From contig NW_027191459.1 in assembly GCF_011745625.1 (NCBI RefSeq), positions 186,001-250,000 of the forward strand: 64,000 nucleotides of DNA, in the 5' to 3' direction. The translations under genes were made by a program, and so were the position numbers. The notes under the pieces were generated by a model. The model did no database searches, had not been told where the DNA came from, and saw only the letters and a program-made list of their open reading frames with translations. The stretch is from Cladosporium halotolerans. Lineage: Eukaryota. Shown one piece after another: positions 21,296 to 32,981 of this stretch (position 1 is the first letter of the stretch; the number at the start of each line of letters is the position of its first letter).

Positions 21296-22614
21296 TTAAT
21301 TCTTGACAGCAACCCTCGCAAAATCCCCTGCTCTCGCGATATAGCTCGGCCTGCCCTTCTTCTTCCAACATCTGTCGTAATAGTAGACGGCGTGACCGCA
21401 CTGTGCCTCGGCGGCACACTCGGCGATGCAGGCCGCGAAGGAGCCGGGCATGGTCGCGCCAGTGTAAGCAGGAGTATTGGGTGTGTCGGCGCTGCAGCTG
21501 ATCCTGAAGTTCTTGCCGCTTGACCAGTATTGCTGGCCATTCTTGTATGGGCAGATGGGTGCGGGCGCGTTCATGGACGAGCTGTAGCTTGCGGTGCGCG
21601 CGCTGGGTGTGGTGGCGAGCGTCCATTTCTCAAAGAAATCCATTATGAGAGGGGTGGCGTTCACGTAGTACTATACAAGGGTTAATAGGATGTTTGACTA
21701 GCTTGTCAGAGAATCAAGCTTACCTTGCTGTCGCCAGGCCACGTGTGAGGCATGTTGTCAATCGCATAGTGAGTGTTGATCCCTTTGGTGCTGCCATTGC
21801 CCCACTCCATCTTCTGAACATGCCCGCTGTGTAGGCTGGTATTTGTAGGCCGGGTACTGAGGCCATTGCGTTGCGCCCAGGCAGTCATGAAGTGGGGGAT
21901 ATACGGCAAGCAGCGGTTGCGTCGTTTGCCGCCGTCGTAGGGAATCGTCTCATCCTTCTTACCATGGAACTCAATCACAGGGACATTCTTGCGGCCAGGC
22001 TTGCATTTGATGTGGACAGTGTTAGCGTCGCAGTTAGCATCTGAGGTTCCTTGGTAGTACGCCCCTGAGACTCCGGCAAAGGCTGCAATCCGTTGGGACG
22101 CTACACTGTCACAAGCGAGAATGTTAGCAGAAAAGCCGCCTCCGTTGCTCTGTCCGGCGGCAAAAATCTGGTCTGGGTCAATGCAGTACTGTGCCTCAAG
22201 GGCGTTGATCATGTCCAGCGTAAAGCCAACGTCGTCCGTCGTCGCTGCTGGGTCGCCCTGCCATTGGTTGTCAATGCCATCCGGATACACGACCAGCATG
22301 TGCGGGTTCTTGGACGACTCGGACATCTTCGAAAGCGACTCTTGCTGGGCTCCATCGCGGGTGCGGCCATGGAAAGAAAAGATCAGACCGTGGGGCCTGT
22401 TCTCGTCGTAGTTGTCGGGAAAGTGTAGGAGGAAAGTCCTTTTGACACCCTTTGAGGTGGTGATATTGATTTTGTTGCTCTGCCCGGTACCGCCCTTTTT
22501 GAGTCTTGGGTTGAGAGCCTTGCCGCATCCTCGACTAGCACCGGCATCCGCATGGCCGAGGAGAATGCAGAGGCCAAGGACACAAAGACCAAAGAAACGG
22601 ATGGAACCTGTCAT
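21296..22614 (-). CDS. Secreted carbohydrate esterase family 1 (feruloyl esterase / PHB depolymerase-like) with a C-terminal Cys-rich PAN/apple-like domain
   Basis: Signal peptide MTGSIRFFGLCVLGLCILLGHADA; SRGCGK; LIFSFHG; VYPDG; DDVGF; nucleophile motif GQSNGG; FHGKKD; HTWP. Intron 21723-21671. Exon 2 adds NATPLIMDFF and a 6-Cys tail. Confidence 0.85.
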
Positions 22615-23642
22615 GACGATTTCAGCTTGTAAAATTTCAGCGTTCAGATGGGAAGTGGTCACTGGCCAAGAGATTCTTGAGTGGACTGCAGTAAAGGCCT
22701 CGTCCTTCCTTACAGCATAAAGACAATGGCAAGCACTGTGAATGAAGAAGGCGTCCCTGAAATCCAGCCACGGCTTCTTGAACAAAGAAGTTGCCCTCGT
22801 AACCCCGCGATAAGCCTACGGTGAGATGGCGTAGAGATAAAGAAAGAACACTGCCGTGTGTCGGACTTGCATGAGACGGGCCAAAGAAAGACATCGCTGC
22901 TTTCGGGCCACGGCACAGCCGTCATCTACCACTCGCACACAGCAACAGTGCCACTGGGGAGGAACAGGCGGGGCTTTTGGCATATTTTAGGCGAGACATT
23001 TGCCATGTGATAGCGTTGCTGAGGTCGGTTGTTGTCACGGCGGGAATGTCTCAAGCGAGCGTGCGTGCCGCTGAGCGTTGGTCTAGGCCCTTGTTGCAAA
23101 AGATTTGGCATGCCACAATATGTGCTTAAGATACCTGAGCACAGAGAGGAAAGCATTTTCATGAGTACCACGAAGCCACTGAGCCCTTTTGACGAGAGAC
23201 GTTCCCGTCCACGGTGTTGATGTCAGTGAAGTCGCCGCGCTTGGGTCTGAAGCTGCCCTCTTCGGCGTCGGCCCGGACGCGCGCTGCCACGTTCCGTGTC
23301 CTTGACATGTTCCGATGTCCCAATATGGCTATCGGCAGGACATATATGCTACAGCTCCTCAATTTTCCCATTTTCACGCCCATCGCATTCGAGCGATGTA
23401 TGCGCGCGGCTGAAGTAGCGCTTGCGGCAGCGTCGGCTCCACGGTGAAGAGACGCTGCTGCCTCGCGCGCCAGAAGTTGGAAGCCAGAAGAAGTCGCCAC
23501 AGACGCAGGAGCAGATAGTTGGCACATCGACCTACACTTTCGTGTTCGCTGACACTGTGTACGTTGCTATTCTATCTGGTCGATCACTCCATACCCACGG
23601 TCATTTACCGCTCCATATTCCATACCACCTGGCCGGCCGAAC

Positions 23643-26309
23643 ATGTCGCAAGCCTCCCAACAAGTATCACGATACCGCCCGGCCGTGATCGCGGTGACCG
23701 GAGTGGCTGCCGCAGTTGGAATATGGACTCTCTATTCAAGCTTCGCCGACCGAACGTCGAAGTCGCCTTTGCATAGGAGCAACGCTGTACGCCGATCACG
23801 CCGTCCTTCTGCTATTGAAAGCATCGTCGAAGCGAGCGCTCCGAGCTTTGAGGAACCCCTCGGCGCGGCGGTGATCAAGTGGAACGACATTGTGGTAGGC
23901 CGCATTGTTTTTGGCCGGGATAAGGTTCCTTCGTCGGCAGAATGGCGTAGCTCGTACGGTGAACATACCGAACATGCAAGGGCAGCCGCGGCTTCGGTGG
24001 CGCTGCAGTCGATTTTGTTCCAGTGTCAAAGACAACTAAATCCTGCTCTCGAGCAGGGCGATGACCTCGATTACCTTCGGCAAGTCATGGCCGCTTACGG
24101 GTTGACGGGTCTAGCGGAAAGTATCCAGGCCAACCCCAGAGGTGCTGCAGAGGAGTTCCGCACACAGATCCTTGAAATTATCGGCGACGGCGACCTGGTC
24201 GACTTGGAACGCGCCTTTCACGATTTTCCCAACGGCGCTGAACTTCCATACCTGCCTATCTCAGACGCACCCCCGGTCCGCGCTCCAGAGACCGAGGTGG
24301 ACGTACAGATAGGTGGCCAGGCGGAGCCTGAGCAGAGACTCAAGGGCCTCTTGTATTTCATAGCAGAGAATAAGGCTATGAATGATGCCTACGAGCACCG
24401 CGGCATCCAGTGCGACGGCTGTGGAGAGTTCCCCATACGCGGTGTCCGCTGGCACTGCTTGAACTGCCCAGACGTCGACTTCTGCTCAACCTGCGAAGCC
24501 TCGTCCAAGCACCAGCAGACGCATGTCTTCGTCAAAATCAAGATCCCGCTCCCGTTCTTGTCTCAGAAGGGCAGAACGCTGGCTTACCCCGTGTGGTATC
24601 CTGGAAACCCGCACAGGATCCACGAACCGATCAGTCCAGAGCTCAGGAAACAACTGGCCGAAAAGCACGAGTACGAGGAATCGCAGATAGACGCTCTGTA
24701 CGACCAGTTTGTCGCATCTGCGAACGTCAGCATTCACGAGGACTACTCAGCCGTTAAGGTCGGCATCGACCGACGGGCGTTCGACAGTGCGCTGACTAGC
24801 AAAGCGTGGACCGAACATAGTAGTCCGAATGTCTTGTATGATCGCATGTTTCTATTCTATGACCGCGATGACAAGGGCGTCATAGCATTCGAGGACTTCG
24901 TCGACGGCTTATCGTACCTTCGCGGACCACGAAGATTGCAACCTCTCAGCCGTGCCTTGGAAGGATTCGATGTAGACAGCGACGGCTTCATTGACCGCGC
25001 AGACTTCCTCTCCCTGCTCCGAGCCAAGTATGAAGTGCAAAAGGAGCTCATCGCAAGCAGCGCGAGCATCCGTGCCGAGAAAGCCGCACAGGAAAATATG
25101 GGCATGATAAAATCAAGCCAGCCGATCAGCGGAATGTTCAACGAGCAGGACATGCCACGCGGTGCGATACGTCCTGTCGGCGGCAAGGTCGTTGGTGCCA
25201 ACGGAGACCTTGAGCCGCAAGCGGCGACCAAAACGCTTCTTGAAGACTCTGAGGTGCCGTCCGAGACAGGGTCGCTCCCGAACAACGTGATCCGTGTTCG
25301 CTCGCTCCAACAGCTTCAACGTCGCCTTGAGCATCTGGACCGAGCTCTTCAGAGTCCGACAATAGACTCGGAAGGAGAAGCGGGTCCTTCAACCAATGGA
25401 CAGGCTACATCAGGTTCTTCCACAACGTCGCTCACAGCGGAGGAAGCTGAGGTCCTCGGCGTCAAAAAGGACACTTCTAGCGGAAGAGAGACCGCCTCGG
25501 GCCGTCAAGACGCTCTTTGGCATTACACCGAGATCAGCTACAACGAGCTGCTCGCCTCCATCTTCGAAAAGCGCGAACAACTCGACCGCAGAGTCTCAGA
25601 AACAGCGTCCGAACGCAGCCGCTGGCGGAAAGAAATCGACGACTTCGTCGCGCGCAAGAAAGAGCTCGAGGAGAACCTGCGTACCGGCGCCGAGCTGGAC
25701 CCGCTCGTCGCCGCCGCTGCGCACTCTTACGATAGGACGTCGAAAGCGTGGATGAACCACCAGCAAGAGAACGAGAAGCAGCTCAGAGACGCGGAAGTTC
25801 GCCAGGAGATCGATGTCCAGATGCGGGATAATATTCAGCCGACGGACACGCCGAGCCTCGATAAGCTTGAGTCGGATATTCAGGAGCAGTCTTTGGAGGA
25901 CTTGCTTGCGGCCGCCGGATATAGTGTTGACGACGGTGCTGAGAAAGCTTCTTCGAGTGCGGCTGGCCCTTCACAGACATCCCCGCAAGAGAGCAACTCT
26001 TCCACCTCAGGATCTGCTCCAGTGGATTGCGACACGACACTGCCCCAAAACCGCCCAAACACAGCGTCAGCCAGCTGCCAATCCGACAACGCTGGCCCGA
26101 GCAAGCAGAACGGCGCACCGATCGAGCGCGAACAGCTTCCCTCGCAAGAAAGACTGGAAGAATTGGTGTCATTAGACGAGGCGCAGAAAGCAATGGAAGA
26201 GCGCGGCGGCGCAGGCCGCGTGAGTTACCAGGAAATCGAGGCTGTCGCGAAGAGGAAGGAGGACGTGCGGGGATTGATACTGAGCTGGCTGGAGTTGGCC
26301 AGCTTCTGA
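23643..26309 (+). CDS. ZZ zinc finger plus EF-hand protein with an N-terminal hydrophobic anchor
   Basis: ZZ finger CDGC..VRWHCLNCPDVDFCSTCE..HQQTHVFVKI. EF-hand loops DRDDKGVIAFEDF and DVDSDGFIDRADF. N-terminal AVIAVTGVAAAVGIWTLY. Intronless, 888 aa. Confidence 0.85.
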   Translation: MSQASQQVSRYRPAVIAVTGVAAAVGIWTLYSSFADRTSKSPLHRSNAVRRSRRPSAIESIVEASAPSFEEPLGAAVIKWNDIVVGRIVFGRDKVPSSAEWRSSYGEHTEHARAAAASVALQSILFQCQRQLNPALEQGDDLDYLRQVMAAYGLTGLAESIQANPRGAAEEFRTQILEIIGDGDLVDLERAFHDFPNGAELPYLPISDAPPVRAPETEVDVQIGGQAEPEQRLKGLLYFIAENKAMNDAYEHRGIQCDGCGEFPIRGVRWHCLNCPDVDFCSTCEASSKHQQTHVFVKIKIPLPFLSQKGRTLAYPVWYPGNPHRIHEPISPELRKQLAEKHEYEESQIDALYDQFVASANVSIHEDYSAVKVGIDRRAFDSALTSKAWTEHSSPNVLYDRMFLFYDRDDKGVIAFEDFVDGLSYLRGPRRLQPLSRALEGFDVDSDGFIDRADFLSLLRAKYEVQKELIASSASIRAEKAAQENMGMIKSSQPISGMFNEQDMPRGAIRPVGGKVVGANGDLEPQAATKTLLEDSEVPSETGSLPNNVIRVRSLQQLQRRLEHLDRALQSPTIDSEGEAGPSTNGQATSGSSTTSLTAEEAEVLGVKKDTSSGRETASGRQDALWHYTEISYNELLASIFEKREQLDRRVSETASERSRWRKEIDDFVARKKELEENLRTGAELDPLVAAAAHSYDRTSKAWMNHQQENEKQLRDAEVRQEIDVQMRDNIQPTDTPSLDKLESDIQEQSLEDLLAAAGYSVDDGAEKASSSAAGPSQTSPQESNSSTSGSAPVDCDTTLPQNRPNTASASCQSDNAGPSKQNGAPIEREQLPSQERLEELVSLDEAQKAMEERGGAGRVSYQEIEAVAKRKEDVRGLILSWLELASF

Positions 26310-26728
26310 TTGTGTACATAGTATTGCATAGGAATGTCATCGTTAGCGTTGGCGCGTATAAGGCGGTTGTTTATGTATTCATCAATCATTAATACGCAGA
26401 GTGTTGTGCCATTGAGAACAGTGTTTGCGAAAGACATAGGTGGCGGTGGAAGATATCGTTAAAGACTTTTGCATACAGCCATCGTATGTCTCTATGGAAA
26501 AAGGGTATCGCAACAAAACAAGACAGACATTCCATTTTGCAGACCATGCTGAGAGGCCAGCTCCCAGTTTTGTGCCAGTTGTATGCCAAATCTGATTATG
26601 GTCAAAATCAAATTAAACAATCGCAAGTTCTCAATGCAAAAGTATGGCAAAAGTCGCAAGCTCTCCGTGGGAGCAGTTCCAAAGGACATATCTTGCACCG
26701 CGTCGTAAGCTCTCCTCTTCGCAGGCGC

Positions 26729-28039
26729 TCAGTTATCGCTCGTGCACTTGCGCTCACAACGGCACTTCAAGGAGTCCTTGAAGTCATTGTAAGACAGATC
26801 GACCGCCTCTACCTCGGCGCCGGTCTCAGCCCAAGCCTCGCCGTCAAGGCGAACACCGCCAACAGGCTCCTTGTTCATCTCTTCGAGGAAGGCATCGTAC
26901 TCGCGCAGAGTGCTCGTCTTGCCAGTAGCAGCCTCCTTCAGCAGGGACCATTTCTCGTATTCCTCGTGCGCGGCCTTAAGACGACCCTCGATGGCTTGCT
27001 TTTGATTCTGCTCGACGTGGCCGGTGATAGTCACTGGGTGGCCTTTGATGGAAGACCATGCGACGTCGAAGATGCGGTCGACGACCGTCTTTTGGCAGGC
27101 GCCCTCGAGCCAGACCTTTTCGGCGATGTTGGAGGGTGCTGCGATGTGGATTTCGAGTTTGGCGAGATTTGTCTCGCGGAGGCGATGGACGACGTAGTCG
27201 TGAGGAAAGGCTGCGTCGTTGGGGTCGAAGCGGAAGAAGTCGAAGTACCCGCTGTGGGTGAGAGTCAAGGTGACGTTGCGCAGGCGGTTGCGCAGGGCGT
27301 TGTTCTTCAAGAGCTTGAACATGATCCTGCCGTGCTCAACGAGGAAAGTAGTCGTTTGATAGAGTCTGTGGCTTGACTCGTGATAAAGACCCTTGTTCAA
27401 GTGCATCATAGACATGTCGGGCTTGAGCGCAAGGCGGCGCTTTCTGAGCTTGTCGCTCGGATACGGATGGGCGACAGGAGAGAAGACCTGGTCGAAGATG
27501 GCGTTGCGAATCTCGCCCGGAAGAGCCATGATATTGAACGACTTGCCGGTAGTCTTCCACCAATTGAATTGTGCATCGTACGCGATCTCTGAGGTCTGTG
27601 GGTAGTTACTCTCCGTCTTGACTTCGTTGAGATAATCTGAGATCGGATGCCACGCGCTGCAGAAGTGGACTTCGACGGCGCCCATGGAAAGACGCACACG
27701 CAGTCTCTTTGGCGGGTCATCATTGTGACGAGTCTCGAAGATGTAGCTGCTGTAGCCGATATTGATGGTGCTGAAAAGTGGTAGCCAGATGTTATAAGAG
27801 CGCGCGCCATCCGCTGGGTAGACCGCAATGTCAAGGCCGAACTTTGCAAAGCTCTGGGCTCTGAACATATCAATCTGGTGCTCGATGGCCTTGTGCAAAA
27901 ACGTGGACATCATGGCTTCCTTGAAGTTGCTCTTGAGCCATTTGAGTGCCAGCACTTTGGCAGTCGTACTGCTCATGCCCATGCGCCGCTCGAAAACGTT
28001 GACTAGAGAGCGCAACTGCTTGTCTGTGATTTGTGGCAT
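26729..28039 (-). CDS. Hypothetical protein with an internal F-box-like (LPxEIRxxI) motif
   Basis: Intronless ORF from ATG 28039 (MPQITDKQ) with gene-like codon usage. Contains FNIMALPGEIRNAIFDQVF and a downstream LNKGLYHESSHRLY, a pattern typical of fungal F-box-like/2EXR-type hypotheticals. Confidence 0.7.
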   Translation of the reverse strand: MPQITDKQLRSLVNVFERRMGMSSTTAKVLALKWLKSNFKEAMMSTFLHKAIEHQIDMFRAQSFAKFGLDIAVYPADGARSYNIWLPLFSTINIGYSSYIFETRHNDDPPKRLRVRLSMGAVEVHFCSAWHPISDYLNEVKTESNYPQTSEIAYDAQFNWWKTTGKSFNIMALPGEIRNAIFDQVFSPVAHPYPSDKLRKRRLALKPDMSMMHLNKGLYHESSHRLYQTTTFLVEHGRIMFKLLKNNALRNRLRNVTLTLTHSGYFDFFRFDPNDAAFPHDYVVHRLRETNLAKLEIHIAAPSNIAEKVWLEGACQKTVVDRIFDVAWSSIKGHPVTITGHVEQNQKQAIEGRLKAAHEEYEKWSLLKEAATGKTSTLREYDAFLEEMNKEPVGGVRLDGEAWAETGAEVEAVDLSYNDFKDSLKCRCERKCTSDN

Positions 28040-28552
28040 CGTTGGATGTTGAGATGTTAAGATGATTAGTGAGAATGAGTATGCCAATGTTGTTGGTATG
28101 GTTGATGTGTCGTGGTGTAGTCTTGCAGAATGATGAGAAGGACAGGTCTTATGAAGATGGCCGTCTGCACAATAGGCAGTGGTTCCTATTGTCTGTGCGA
28201 GTGGCTGGTACCTACAGGCTACAGCGAATCTGAAACGCTATTGTCGTCCGACTTTGGTAGCTTGACGTAACAGGGGTCGCTGGATTGCAGTCATGCGCGG
28301 TCGTGACCGCTTTGCTATTGTCGTTCTGAAACGACTGTGAGCAATGCCTGACAAGCCTGTACTTGACGCACGGTTCCGATCGGGCAGCAATCGTATTGTT
28401 ATGTTCATGAGAAGCTACAATAAGGATGATTGGAAGCGAATACTTATAGACAGAAGCCGTGCGCAGACACAGAGCGCGCAGGTCACGTGGTTAGGGGGAA
28501 TGAAGCGCGCGGAGCCAGCGACCCACTGAGTCGCACCGCGCATGCGATCGCA

Positions 28553-28580
28553 AGCATTTGAGCATTTGAGCATTTGAGCA
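28553..28580. repeat. (AGCATTTG)3.5 minisatellite in a divergent promoter
   Basis: Three perfect 8-mers plus AGCA, read directly. Confidence 0.85.
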
Positions 28581-28995
28581 CTGCCCGCTAATGACATTAG
28601 AAAGCATTGGCTTCTTCACAGCGCGAATCTTTTGTACATGATGCTAGGCTCACTGGTGATGTCTTGTGTCGGTCTCATGAGAAGACTCGGAACTGGCAGA
28701 TGCCCTGTATATTATCATCAGCCCATTGTATCTCCTTCAGACGACCGATAGCGATGCGTCGGTCGAGTCGACCGCTGCACGCCAAGTAAAGACATTTTGC
28801 AATCGCTCAAATTCGGACTCCATTGTGAAGCGTGAATGCTGAAGGGTGAAGTGAAGTTGAACGTAGAACGCACAGACCGCAAGCCCCGGAGTGCTGATCC
28901 GCGGCTACAAGCTCTCTGCTTGTTCAAGTTGACATCTACCAACAACCGACTACCGGGCTTAAATACTGCCCATATTGCGATTGGTGACAAACCAA

Positions 28996-29830
28996 ATGGC
29001 GCTTCCACAAGAAAATGTGCGCGCTTTAGACCAATTGCGCCAGCGTCTGCAGCAGTTGTCAAGCTCTCTCAATATACTCAAAGGCGATCTCGCTAAGCAA
29101 GAAACGCTTCCGACCTGGTAGGTGATTCTCGACGATCACGTTTCAGCACGCGTGCAGTTATCTCCCCACGCCAAAGCGACAATGCCTGTGTCCAATTGCT
29201 AAGTGCAATGGTAGGGATTCGCTACAGACTCGCGCTGGCCTACTCGCTGGCGATCTCCAACAACTACAGACCATCTTCGACACGAATCGCCAGTTTCTCA
29301 CCGCGGCTCATGCATATCCGCACGCATCCTTTCCCGGCCATTCGCATGAAGTCGTGATTCAACAGCTGTTGAGGAAGAAGGCAGAGCCGGCGGTGGAGGA
29401 CTGGGTGGAGGACAACACCAACCCCTCGAAGGTTGCAAAGTGGGACAATGGCGCAGACATTGCCCTGAACGAGAAGGAACAGAAAGAGCTTTGGGCATTC
29501 GCCAAACCGACGAGCACTGAGATAGCGGGTCAGATGTACACCAGCGGTGCCTTCGACTATGAGTATACGCTCGCGGAGAAAGAGAATGGCGTCGAGAATG
29601 TAGTGACAGGACTACGGAGGATATTGAAGAAATCAATGGAGGACGACGATGAAGAGGACGATGATGAAGACGATGAGATGGAAGACCGCATGGACGAGGA
29701 CGTCATGCCCGCCGCGAAACCACCCAATGATCCGTTTGGTGATATTATGGGCGTAGACAAGAGCAAGACTGCTTTGCCCATAGAAGCGTGGCTAAAGTTC
29801 ATGAGCATTATGGCTTTGCCTAGTAGATAG
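28996..29830 (+). CDS. MED8: Mediator of RNA polymerase II transcription subunit 8
   Basis: MALPQENVRALDQLRQRLQQLSSSL..LPTW, intron 29118-29214, then DSLQ..HAYPHASFPGHSHEVVIQQLLRKKAEPAVEDWV and an acidic C-terminus. Confidence 0.9.
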
Positions 29831-30128
29831 CGTATCATGTCGGCCTTGGAGGACCAAAGCTGTCACTCTGAAGCACTATCGCGTTGCTCCTTCGAATTGT
29901 GAATAGAAAGACTGGAATATCATAGACACATGAGGTTCCCTCAATCGCGAAGTATATTCATCTGTACCTTCTTGTATACAGTATAGAGCTGCCACTGGCA
30001 ACGTCACAAGGCACTTCCGAATGCGGAAGGTATACCCTGGACCATTCCAAACAACACTTTACACAAACACGCGCGCTTTCTGAGCTTGCGCGTGAAGCAG
30101 ACCGTCATTTCCTCTTCAGTCGCCAACC

Positions 30129-31085
30129 ATGGAGTCGCTCGAACAAACCCTACGATCGATTCTATCGCCCATTACGCAAAACCTCCCAGCACCCATCCAG
30201 GATGCCGCAACACAGCTGCTCGGCGACAGCTGCTACCGCAGCCTGGTGCACAACCTCACGATCACCGACTCGGTCTGCATGAAGCTCGCAGTTTCAAAAG
30301 CGCTGGGTATAGCTATCGTGGGCGCGTCTTCCGTGGTCAAGGTCCCCCAGATCATCAAGCTGATCAACTCTGGATCGGCCGAAGGTGTCAGCTTCATTGG
30401 ATACTTGCTCGAGACGGCCAGCTTCATGATCAGCCTGGTCTACAATGTTAGGAACAAGTTCCCGTTCTCTTCTTTCGGAGAGACGGCGTTCATCGTCATC
30501 CAGAACATTGCTATCCTGTTCTTGGTGCTTGAGTATTCTGGCCGCGGTCAGATGGGAACAGCTATGATCGCCGGACTGGCTGGCGTTGGGTTCTTGCTCT
30601 TCAACAGCAACATCGTGAACATGGAATTGTTGCAGTACCTGCAGGCTGGTGCTGGTGCGGTTGGAGCGCTCTCCAAGCTGCCGCAGATCATTGCGATCTT
30701 CCGTGAGGGAGGCACAGGTCAACTCTCTGCGTTCACCGTACGTTGATCCAATTCCCACGATACCATGAAACAAGCTGACGATTCTCCTTAGGTCTTCTCC
30801 TACCTCTTCGGCTCGATGTCGCGCATCTTCACCACCCTGCAAGAAGTCCCCGACAAGCTCATCCTCTACAGCTTCATTGCCGGTTTCGCGCTGAACGTCG
30901 TCCTCGCGCTTCAGATGGTCCTCTACTGGAACGCACCGGCGAGCAAGAGCACCACCGAACACAAGCTCACACCGGCTGGGAAGCGCGAGGTCAAGGCGCC
31001 GATCGAGAGCGCCGCCGAGACTGTGAAAGCGCAGGCTACAGGATCGGAGAAGAAGAGCAGCCCGAGCACGAGGCGCAGGGGTTGA
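30129..31085 (+). CDS. MPDU1: Mannose-P-dolichol utilization defect 1 protein (PQ-loop)
   Basis: SKALGIAIVGASSVVKVPQIIKL and KLPQII..GTGQLSAFTV. Intron 30738-30791, then FSYLFGSMSRIFTTLQEV..QMVLYW. Confidence 0.93.
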
Positions 31086-31164
31086 AAGAATGATAGCTGA
31101 ATAAGTCTGCAGTAAATAATACTTCTATACTCATGTTCGTTACAGTTCAAGTTCAAACGATCGA

Positions 31165-32981
31165 TCACTTGTTAGACTCCGCCGCAATCATTTCACGCGC
31201 CTCTGCAAGCTCCTCCTCTGAAGGCATCGGCACGATCATGAGGTACAAGACGTCCTCTTGCATGACTTTCCTGATCGCTCCGATAGGGCCTCCGTTCCTC
31301 TGCCTGTCTGCTCCCCTCTGTCTGGGATGCGCCCTGCGATCATGTCCGCGACCGAAGTAATCCTGGTCGTACTGGCCTGCCGGGTGCTGCGAGGGAGACG
31401 TCTCGTCATCGTAGACGCCACCGTAAGGAGCGGGATGCCCAGGACTGCGACCGTATCTCCTTTCGAATTTTGCCTCGCGCCTCTCCATCGCTTGTTCTCG
31501 CTTCGCCATTCTCCGACTGGGCATATCGACGTGGCCGCCCGAGACCAGACCGATCAGACCGCCGTTGAACATAGGATGGTTGGGATTGGACCATTTCGAG
31601 CGGTTTTGGCGTTCGCTTTCGGGGATGACGAGAGTGGAGTCGGGATCGTTTTGAGCCTGTGAATGAAATGTTAGAATGGTGATGCTGCGGTAGGCGCCCG
31701 TCAACAGACAAGAACCCACATATTTTGATTGTGCCCTTCGGTCGACGTAACCAGCCAGGAACTTCTTCGCATCCCTGGTCTTGTCCTTGAAAGTCTCCTC
31801 GCCGTCCTTGCCACTATACACCACCTCATCGATAGCCGGGTACACCAACGGAGCTGCCTCAACCATCTTGAGCGACCCGCGCGTCTCGCCAGACGTCAGG
31901 CGCATCTTCTTCATCTTCGCGGAAAGACTGCTCTTCTCCCCCGGCGAGGGATTCTCGTACTTCGCTATCGCTTTGGAAGTCGAGAAGTCGACTTTCTCCG
32001 TTCCGATACCGAATCTCGCGAGCAGTCCTGAGCCGGATGCTGCCACTTCGGCGTCTGACTTATACTTCATAATGAAGGCGTAGCAGCCCGCGGGCTTGAA
32101 GAGGGTCTCGTTCATGCGGTCGAGGAAAGTGTTCGTCTTGCGGCGGGAGTCGAATTCTTTGCCTGCGGCGGCGGCGACTTGGACTGCCGTTGTGACTGCC
32201 ATCTGGAGGGGATCGGGTCAGTTTAGTCTTAGATCACGTCGCAACTGATTCTTACGGTAATGGGCTCCGGCACGAATCCCGCTACAGTAGCAGCCACCAA
32301 GACCGCATTGAAGTACGGATTCGCCTGGCTCGACTTGTGGAAGTTCTTCAAGAAGCGGAGGAAGGTCTGTTGGTCGATGCCAACATCCTCGAGTACTGGA
32401 CTGTACGCTCTCACGAACCCTCGAGACTTATTCCTCGGTCTTCGCTGAGGGAGGATGACTGGAAGAGGTAGCTTGCCAGCGGGGTTTGCATTCGCTGGGC
32501 GGTTGGCGAGGACGTCGCGTACGAGAGCATCGTCGCCTTCGTCCGTGGCGTCTTCGTAATTTGGTGGCTCGGTGGCGGCGGCCGCTTCGTCAAGCTCCCA
32601 AGCTTCTTCGTCATCCTCGATCAAGCTCAGTCCCGAGGAAGAGTCCGAGTCACTGTATTCCTCCTGAACGACCTTCTTCTCATCTCCCACAGGCGGGCCC
32701 CTGGCGAGCTGACGGTTGCTGGTATTGCTCGTCGACTCAGAATACGTGGGCGGCAGGTTATCAGAGGACGAGGGCTGGGAAGCGTTTGGTCGGCTCGAAG
32801 GACCAGCCACTGTGGGTTGCTCGTCAGGCGAAGCTTGAGCAGAGTCGTGCGCGGCCTTGCGCTCTTTGCGGTGCCCGCGGTATTCGACGGCTGCACCGAC
32901 GCCGGTACCGACGAGCTTGATGAGACCGCCGATGGGACCGCCGCCACCTCGTTTGCGCTGCTGGTTGTCGCGGGATGACAT
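31165..32981 (-). CDS. Conserved fungal hypothetical protein
   Basis: ATG 32981 (MSSRDNQQ). Introns 32255-32203 and 31719-31657. Conserved-looking blocks LPLPVILPQRRPRNKSRGFVRAYSPVL, NTFLDRMNETLFKPAG, GGLIGLVSGG, QEDVLYLMIVPMPS. Function unknown. Confidence 0.85.
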
